From Octopus vulgaris (Eukaryota): DNA of 64,000 nt. Made by a program: the position numbers and the translations under genes. The number at the start of each line of letters is the position of its first letter. Position 1 is the first letter of the stretch. The notes beneath the pieces are model-generated. The model ran no database searches and was not told where the DNA came from. It saw nothing but the letters and a program-made list of their open reading frames with translations. Shown here in pieces: positions 54,864 through 64,000 of the stretch. The stretch lies in contig OX597830.1 in assembly GCA_951406725.2 (NCBI GenBank), positions 186,001-250,000 of the forward strand, given 5' to 3'.

Positions 54864-55226
54864 TATATATATATATGCCATCAAACATATCTGCATGTAT
54901 CAGTCTATCTACATAATTTATATGTATCCGCACGTTCAGCTAATAAAGTGTCTCATGTCAAGTGTTTTAAGAAATATCATCAATTTAATACAAAATTACT
55001 TGAAACATGAAAGCTATTTATCAACTCTTTTTCTTATTTATTCATTGCCATATTTTCGATATCAATTTGTTTTCTCTGTTTTTATTTTTAGTTGGTCCAT
55101 GTAAATTAAAACAAAGTTTATGAAATAAATATTGCGAACTGTTTCAATTCCCCACGTCAGGTCTGTTAATTTATTGAAGGACATAAAAGATAATAAAAAG
55201 AACAATTGTTGTAAAATGAGTAAAGA

Positions 55227-55275
<49 letters not shown>

Positions 55276-55513
55276 AAGGAATGCAAAACAAGACACCAAT
55301 CACGCAAAACAGATTGATTTAATGTAGAAACGCAACTACTCTGATTTATTCTGGTGTTTATTCCATCAAAAGTATTTTTATAAATGACTACTCTGCTGAA
55401 TGCGCATTCTTATATTTCATTGCGCCTTTTATTATTGTCCTACGGGTAAATACTCTCCGTGAATCTTCAGAATATTTAGTCCTCCCTTTAGTATTATACG
55501 AATTCCCTTTTAA

Positions 55514-55686
55514 CCCCTTAATTGATCACGAGTAAATTCGTGATTGCTCAAAAATGAAACGACACAAAACAAATAAACTCGTTTGAGTGCTAAAATTAAA
55601 AGTTAATTTCGACCGAGTGTACTCACCTGGTTCTAAAAAGATACATTTGTAGTGCACGAGTAAACACGGGATAGCCCATTAAGGGG
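55514..55686. mobile_element. piggyBac-type MITE (173 bp)
   Basis: TTAA|ccccttaat...attaagggg|TTAA, with subterminal cacgagtaaa motifs near both ends. Confidence 0.75.
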
Positions 55687-56596
55687 TTAATTATTCGTGT
55701 TAGATTATAGAAGTAAGACACTTGCAACAATAGAGATTTTACAAGGACCGAGGAATACAGTTTAATTTTCGAAATTTTTATCAAGTTTTATTACGTTTCT
55801 ATGCTTTTTTAAAATGGTGAAGCTTTGTGAAAGTGAGATTAATATACTAGTATATTTGTATGCATAAATGCGATAATACAAACATTAATTTATTCATAGT
55901 TACATATATATATGCGTGAGTTTGCGATCATCGCATGGATGTAAAAACGCGCGGACACATAATTACTAAGTGTAAGAGAGAAAAGGAGTGACAGATCGTG
56001 GTTGCTAAAAATACACAATGGATACGTATATAACTTAACCGAGTAGAGATAAATACAAATGGGTATAAACACCCCCACACGCATACATACCTCTATTTCA
56101 AAATACATATATATATGTATATACATGGGCGTGCGTATGTGTGTGTGGTGTGTATATATAAATATATATATATCACTTTCCATATATGTCAGTCTGCATT
56201 TATTCATGTATGAGCGAATGCATCCATGAATGTGCGTATTTATACATGCACACAGAAACACATATACACATACATACATACATACATACATACATACATA
56301 CATACATACATACATACATACATACATACATAACAACATACGTACACACATATATATATATACACTCACGCACACAAAATATTCACGTTCGCACTCCACG
56401 AGCATTCGCATGTAAACACTCTTCAACACTCACACAGACTGCTTATATACAGACATCTTTATCAGAAGCTTCCATGTCTCTCTCTAACTCTCTCCATATA
56501 CATATGTATGTATGCATGTATGTATGTATGTATGTATGTATGTATGTATGTATGTATGTATGTATGTATGTATGTATGTATGTATGTATGTATGTA

Positions 56597-56642
<46 letters not shown>

Positions 56643-57025
56643 CTTGCTGATTTGCTGTTGATATACACCAGAAAGAGCTTTCCATTCATTAGCTCCTATT
56701 GACTCAAACACTTCTCAATATTCCTCCTGTTTGTCTTCAATTTCGCCCTTAATTTCCCCTGCATTTATTGTTCTACTTGTTATTATTGTTGTGGTTGTTG
56801 GTCTTACCATTGTGTTTGTCTTCTTTTTTTGTTTTTTTTTGAAAGCCAAACATGAGGAAATAAACAAGCAAATGATACCTTCATTTATCAGAATCTATAT
56901 TAGAACAAATTGTTTGCGAATAGTTTCACCTATTTCTTTCTGATACACAATTACACTGACACATGCAACTGAACACGTATACACGACTACATGTCAGTGA
57001 TCACACACACGCACACATGCACACA

Positions 57026-57135
<110 letters not shown>

Positions 57136-57401
57136 TATTTGTGGGCTAACGTGTAAAAATTATATTGATGGGCTGCACCGATGAATATACATCTTTATTT
57201 TCATCTTTGCTGTTGCTGTCCGTCTCTGTCTCTCTCGCAGTCTTTCTCTAGTTCTCTCTTTCATTCTCTCAACCCCATTGTTAATGCGTTAGAATGTACG
57301 TGTATATGCGTATATATGTACGTGTGTATGTGTGCATCTGTGTGCGTATAGATGCAGATAGTTAAATATTATACTATACAAATGAATACATACATACATA
57401 C

Positions 57402-57475
<74 letters not shown>

Positions 57476-57559
57476 ATACGCATATGACTTAAAAACATAC
57501 GTATATGCATACACATATATGTGTATAGAGGCTCATATGTTTAATATATGAATATATAA

Positions 57560-57690
57560 GCGCAAGAGTGACTGTGTGGTAAGTAGCTTGGTTACTATGT
57601 GGTACACATGGTTCCGGGTTCTACTGTAGCCTCGGGTCGAACAAAGCCTTGTGAGTGGAAATGGTAGACGGAAACTGAAAGAAGTATGTC
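57560..57690 (+). mobile_element. Partial tRNA/CORE-type SINE
   Basis: gtgactgtgtggtaagtagcttg...ggttccgggtt...gccttgtgagtgga...gtagacggaaactgaaagaag. Confidence 0.6.
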
Positions 57691-57784
57691 GTATATATTA
57701 TATATATGTGTGTGTATGTCGACACTATATATATATATATGTATGTGTGTGTATGTCGAAGATATATATATATATTTTTTTTTA

Positions 57785-58030
57785 TGCGCCCTTTTAAAGC
57801 CTAGCCAGACTCATGGGCCCTTTTCCCCGGTTCCTATGGCGTATGTGTTCCCCAGCTGGACGGGACGCCAGTCCATCGCAGCGTTACGCATTTTTGCCAG
57901 CTGAGTGGACTGGAGCAACGTGAAATGAAGTGTTTTGCTCAAGAACACAACACGTCGCCCGGTCTAGGAATCGAAACCACAATCTTACGATCATGATGCT
58001 GACACCCTAATCTCTAGGCCACGCGCCTCC
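57785..58030 (-). mobile_element. tRNA-derived SINE related to 2256-2568
   Basis: Shares gactggagcaac..gaagtgt..tgctcaag.acac and the B-box complement ggaatcgaaacc. Confidence 0.75.
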
Positions 58031-58033
58031 ACA

Positions 58034-58103
<70 letters not shown>

Positions 58104-58292
58104 ATTATGATTTCTTTGAATTTTTACTCAGTAAAATATACCCTAGTGAGTTTATAGCCATCAGAAATGACACCTACATAATATAAATATTAATTATGTA
58201 GATGTCAATCTAGTAATTAAGGATAAATTGGTTTTGGTGTTTCTGCAGGGCAAATTGTTAGATATTGTACTATTATTAATAATCCAAAAATT

Positions 58293-60802
58293 TGTAACGA
58301 AAGTGTGAATATCTTCTCTAGACCTTTTGGGGGTGCGAAAAGCAATCACTATCCGTTGCTTTTATAATCCAGATTCTACCAGTCAAAGAAACACAAAACG
58401 CAGACGTAAAATATATATATATACTTTATTCTCTTATGACAGTAACAAATAATTGGTATATCTGGGTATCCCTTTGGTATAGATGTGTCAGAGCTGAACT
58501 ATATCGCTGTAGAATCTACAGTGTTCAAATGCTAACGACACTGGTCAAAGATGGCGTCCGGAAAGAGGAAGATGATGTTGTCTGCAACAATTTGGTTAAA
58601 GCCTTCGGCCGACTGCTATCATAAAGGGACAGCGAGAAAATATACGTCCGTTGCCCTCGGTCGCTTTGTCTCAAGTCAATGACTGCTGCTGGACGCTAGT
58701 GGTCAACGTCCTGCGATCCCCCTGCCTCGGCTAACTGCCACGTAGGCAAAAGGGTTCTACTTCCGGTGCTTCGCGCATGCGCCGCTGTATAGCGTCACTA
58801 CAGAGCTCCACCCCAGTGCGAAGCACGACACAAAATTCCTTGTAGTGACTATAAAACTCAAGGTGGATACCAGATAACCAAATAGCACACAATATAATAA
58901 AAATGGCAAAATTTACATCATACACAAGAAATTTACCAAAAGGAAAAAGAGTAAAAATACTCAAAATGAGCAAAATCAAAATGCATGCGTGAAGGTGGAT
59001 ACGTCACAAAGTATAAACCCTTTCGCTGAAGGGAGCGGAAGGAAAGCAAACTCACAGTTAATGAACCTAGGCGAAATTAAATCCAACTCCTCTAAAGGTG
59101 GTTGGTCCTGCGAAATAGCAGTTAAATCAATTGCTGCAGGAGAGGAAATGGAATCGACAGATAGATCGCTAGTAACACAAAGGCAAAAGTGCAAGCATGC
59201 TGGTGTGATGCGCGACACAGATCATTTTCTCTGTTAATTACGTGACCAACAGGGGTCTAACAGGGAAAAGAATTAAGCTAACGCAAACGTGTTGCAAAAA
59301 CAAGGCAGTACACGTGCGGAGCAAAGGCGCATGAAATGCAATAGGGCTTGCCAGACCGAAAAAACAGCAATGAATATGCCAGTGGTTGAGCGATTATATG
59401 CCTCGTTCGTACAGGAACAAAAGTATGGCATGCCGGCGCGTTATAATGGACAAACAACCCTCTCTATGTATACGTGACCCCTAGGGTCTATAGAAATGAG
59501 GTGTGTCCACAAAAGGCAAATTTAGCATGGAAAAAACAAGCGAGAAAAGCATGTGTGACGTATGTATGTGAGAGAGATAGCATTTATGTGTGTGTACGTG
59601 TGTGCGACAGAAAATACAAACAAGGTGAATGCGAGCAAAAATAAAAATACAGCGCATAAGAAAAATGTCTCTCAGGGCTATTTCAGACAATGGAGTTAAT
59701 TTACCAGTCTGTAATAGCCTGACGCACAATAGCAGTTCGTTCTGTAACAGAATGTTGAGATCACAAATGCAGATGCCGATTGGACACATATCGTGTAACG
59801 GTTGTGGCTTCAATGCTGTGACAGGTTAACTGGAACAGAAGAATCTCGCAGATAGTGCTGGGCTGTTAATTCCTTGGTGTGCCATGCACAAACAGCAAGT
59901 GGGCTAAACTTCCGCGAGTTGCTATGTACATCTTGTGGAGGTCGACGGTGTTGAAAGGCGACGGTGGTGGTGGAAGGCGACTGTAGTGGACTTGAGACAA
60001 CATTGTTCTTAGTGGTGATGGCGACGAAGATAACGACGACGTGAAGTTCTAAGACGACGATGATGATGACGAAGGCAGAGAAAAAGCATCGATGATATGA
60101 TGGCGTCCGTCATTATGTTGAAGAATAAAAAGGCTCCTTCTATAACTGTCCGAGGGGACCGGAAACAAATCGTCGAAAGATGATGACTGCGTAGAGTTAA
60201 ATCGTGTTCCGACCTGGCAGAAAAACTGGATTTCTTTGTTGTTAAGTGATCTCTGGTTTTAGACCAGAATCACGTCGGGGTCACCAGTGTAACGAAAATG
60301 TGAATATCTTCTCTAGACCTTTTGGGGGTGCGAGAAGCAATCACTTTCCGTTGCTTTAATAATCCAGATTCTACCAGTCAGAAACAATAAGACGCAGACG
60401 TAAATAATATATATATCTACTTTATTCTCTTATGACAGTAACAGATAATTGGTATATCTGGGTATCCATTTGGTATAGATGTGTCAGAGCCGAACGTTAT
60501 CGCTGTAGAAATTTACAATGTTCAAATGCTAACGACACTGGTCAAAGATGGCGTCCGGAACAGGGAGAAGATGATGTTGTCTGCAACAATTTGGTTAAAA
60601 GCCTTCGGCCGACTGCTATCATATGGGGACAGCGAGAAAATATACGTCCGTTGCCTTCGGTCGCTTTGTCTCAAGTCAATGACTGCTGCTGGACGCTAGT
60701 GGTCAACGTCCTACGATCCCCCTGCCTCGGCTAACTGCCACGTAGGCAAAAGGGTTCTACTTCCGGTGCTTCGCGCATGCGCCGCTGTATAGCGTCACTA
60801 CA
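58293..60802 (-). mobile_element. Non-autonomous, internally deleted Gypsy (CsRn1-like) LTR element
   Basis: LTRs at 58293-58802 and 60288-60802 (TG...CA), AATT 4-bp TSD, PBS 60267-60286, PPT-like ggggtggag near 58806-58814(-). Internal pol linker relic AIDLTAISQDQ...ILCDVST. Confidence 0.92.
60267..60286 (-). promoter_or_regulatory. Primer-binding site complementary to the tRNA-Trp 3' end
   Basis: The plus strand gaatcacgtcggggtcacca matches the eukaryotic tRNA-Trp(CCA) 3' end and lies 1 nt from the LTR. Confidence 0.85.
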
Positions 60803-61920
60803 AATTTGTTTTAGAAAGAATACATAAACTGTGAAGACATTTAGTAAAACAAGGGTATGAATGGAAACTTGAAATTTTAAATAAATATGCGGTAATATCT
60901 AGTCTTCAACTTAGCAAATATTTGTAAGGATTTGGAACGTTTGCGATTCGAGTAATTTGCTTATTACGTCACCAATATCGTTTGAGACAAGTGAGGAAGT
61001 AGTAATTCCGCATTACGTCCAAAATTCCTGGGGATGGAACCGCGTGTCTGTTAAAACAGGTGTTAAAACACTTGTAGTTTTGTTATCTTATAAACAATTT
61101 CAATTAGCTTTAAACATAGCAAGGGTTTTGTAATAAGTAATTTAAAAGTACTTTTATTAGTTCTTATTTAATAAAATTTAATGTTTCTATTAGTTACTGG
61201 TAATTTAAGATTATAGTTAGTAGTAGTAGTGATATATTAATGAGTATGTAGTGTTTTATTATTAACTTTCGAATGATGAAATAATGTATTTCACTCATAA
61301 TTATTATATTATTAGTAAAATTAAATTAAATTGTGTTTGTCTTGTTTTGGAGGGATTTATTACAATATTAACTATGGAAGACAGGTGGGATTATTAATTT
61401 GTATGGACTTAAAAGATTGGTCACGATTTAATATATAATTTAGGTATTGCCGGTTTACTATTAATACCGATACGATATACATTGGTTTATGTGTTTCTTT
61501 GTTGTACTTTTATTAAAGTTAGTGTTTAATCCTGCTTTTAAATTGATTGAATGAATGGGGTTATGAAGCTTTCAGTTTTATATTATACTATGGAAGACGG
61601 TAAGGATTATAATTTTTGTATGACTCAATGGATTGGTCGCTGTTTAGTTACGTATTTAGGAGTTGGTTGTAATTTACTTATTGAATTTATATACCGATCT
61701 GATTGTACATAGGGTAAATGTTTTTGAAAGTTGTGGTTTCTTTGGTATGTTTGTTCCCAAACAACACTTATTATAGTGCTGTTGACACCCCTGGATTGAA
61801 TGGTACTACCCAGGTGTCGAAGCTATAATGATATTTGTGGGGCAGCTGATGATGGAAGTATGTTGGATTGTTGGCATAGCCGTTTTTGTATATGTGGGAT
61901 AGTATTATAACACATCCCTT

Positions 61921-61958
<38 letters not shown>

Positions 61959-62984
61959 AGAAAACGGAGAGGATATAAAATCGACAGACATCAGCTTTAA
62001 ACATTCCAGTATGTCTTTTTATTCAAAGGTATTGGATGAATATACACACATGTATGAGTGAAGGGTATGAAAACATAAGCATATATACTATCCCTTAGTC
62101 GGTTTCTCAAGCTCTAACTCACACAAAAATATGTATATATATATATATCTTAATTTGGGGGTTAAGGCGACCACTGACTTCATATTAAAAGAGAAATTAC
62201 TTAGTAATTATCAAGCCCACCACATAGCATATTTATCAGGTAGTTTCTTATTGTTTACATTGGTTAGCCAATGGACACTGTAGAGGAGTCTTGAGTTACA
62301 TGTATTGTTAAAGCTACTATTGTGAGATCTTTCATCAGAAATGTTCTCTTTCTGTCTATTATCAATATTAGTTGTTGTGTTAGGTATCTCTTCCGTATTA
62401 CTTTATCACGTATTTAATATACATGTCCTCCTTTTCAAGCAAGATATTTCAGATTCCTTATATACAAGTCTTGCTTGTTTGCTTTTTTGCTAAAATATCT
62501 ATTCTTATTATTGTTTTAATTCTCAGAATTTTCAGTCTTGTTTGTTCTGGTAGATTCGGTGAGAGCAAACAGCAGTCTGCTGTCAGAAATCTCACAGTCT
62601 CTTTTGGCACATTATAAGCTTTGATACTTGGTTGTTAATTATCGTGGGAGACATTTAACATCCAAGTACCAGTCTCTAAATCCTAACAATCGAGGCTGTA
62701 GGTGACTTTATATGTGATCCATCTGTGTGTGTGTGTGTTTATGTGTGTGTGCATGTGTGCGCGCGCGTATGCATGTGTGTGTGTGTGTGTGTTTGCGTAT
62801 AGGTGTGCGAATAGAGAGAAAGAGAAAAAGAAAAACAGGGAGCTATTCCTTATGCTCTTTATACAATTCAATCACTGACTACACAAGCGACAAACCAATG
62901 TCAGTTTTATTGTTTTGCCCCATGTGGCGAAAATGAGACTACCGGAACTTGAACCCAGATATCCAATATCACACCTAAGCATTG

Positions 62985-63540
62985 TGTTTTGCTGCAACTC
63001 TTCTCATTCGCAATTCCTCTCTCAAAATTTGTTGGCAGGAGTTTCAGGACACATCTGATATCAACAAGTTCGTCAAATGTTCGGCAACGGTCCTTCAAGA
63101 TCAGTTCATGAATTTTCGTGAGGTTTCCATTCGTTCGGGAGGTAGACGGTCGCCCTGAAGCGAGAAGTGACCATTCCATAAACTTGTGTTTTGCTCATGG
63201 CAGCGCCTTTGTAAGCCTTTGAAGCATGACAACTATCTGGGCCGCCGTTTTCCCCAGCAGAAAACAAAATTTCACGGAAGCAGGCCGTTCCTTCCTTTAG
63301 CTATGGCCAAAATCGACGAACATGGGAGAAGCACTGCAAAACAAAGACGCACCGCGTGGCAACAGGGCGTCAGAGAACAACTCACCTCGTAGCAGTAAAA
63401 CATCAGGGAACGACTCGATCGGCAGACTGATGCCTGAAGTTACTATCAAGTGGCTCCTAGCGGCGGAGGCTTGAATTACAATGGGCACAGATGTAAAATG
63501 AAAATCGAAACTGATTTGGTAATTCTGCTTCCTGGAATGT
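62985..63540 (-). mobile_element. Mariner 5' half relic
   Basis: Minus strand SGRPSTSRTNGNLTKIHELILKDRCRTFDEL (HTH region) plus upstream N-terminus. Confidence 0.7.
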
Positions 63541-64000
63541 GAAATAGACCGAAGAAGGAAACTTTACATGGATGCGCTAAAACTAACAGTCAGATATAAT
63601 CTAAGCGGAACCCTAACCTCTTAAATAATGGGTAATACCATTGTGTGTGTGTGGGGGGGGGTACGGTTGGAATACCTTTCATCTTAGATTTCGTTGATCA
63701 CTGTAGTCTAGCTACAACATCGGAATTTGATTGTACACTACAGTTTAATTACTGGTACATCATAAGTAAATGAAAAATTACAAAAAGACTTTAAAACCTC
63801 TATATTTCCGTCAGTGTATTTCGTTGTCATTCCGGAGTTGTTTATATTTAAATGTAATTTCGTGTTATTTGCATTCAGTCGGAAAAATAATAAGCCAAAC
63901 GAAGAATAAATGAAGATATGAAGACGAACAGCATAAACAACAATAAATTGTAGAAAAAAAAATCTCCCCCACATAAAAAGACATTAGCGATACGTTAACA

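Noticed and set aside
60267-60286. tRNA-Trp gene
   Set aside because: Only the 3' 20 nt including CCA is present, next to an LTR, so it is a primer-binding site.
58293-60802. Possible CRISPR-like or segmental direct repeat
   Set aside because: TG...CA ends, PBS, PPT and TSD identify the repeats as LTRs. No repeat-spacer array exists anywhere in the window.
62925-62985. tRNA-like B-box on the minus strand
   Set aside because: No cloverleaf can be formed. Likely a decayed SINE head.

Overview
This is AT-rich, microsatellite-dense eukaryotic DNA. The tRNA/CORE-type SINE families and overall repeat content point to a cephalopod, probably Octopus (inference). I found no confident host protein-coding exon. 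The window is a transposon graveyard: a decayed L1/Tx1-type LINE fused tail-to-tail to a 3'-truncated CsRn1-like Gypsy element (17.1-22.9 kb), an internally deleted Gypsy derivative with two LTRs, a tRNA-Trp PBS, a PPT and a TSD (58.3-60.8 kb), R4/Dong-type LINEs ending in (TAA)n, mariner relics, two Helitron derivatives, a piggyBac-type MITE, Penelope-like relics and many SINEs. The most interesting signal is not in the ORF track. At least five sequence-distinct type I hammerhead-ribozyme motifs (CUGANGA...GAAA core, palindromic helix III) occur on both strands. Two carry long insertions in helix II and one sits in a short TSD-flanked insert, consistent with several Penelope/retrozyme families. 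There is also a 124-bp spacerless palindrome and a hairpin-rich ~550-bp element found three times in (TA)n tracts. All family assignments come from motif recognition by eye; no database search was run.
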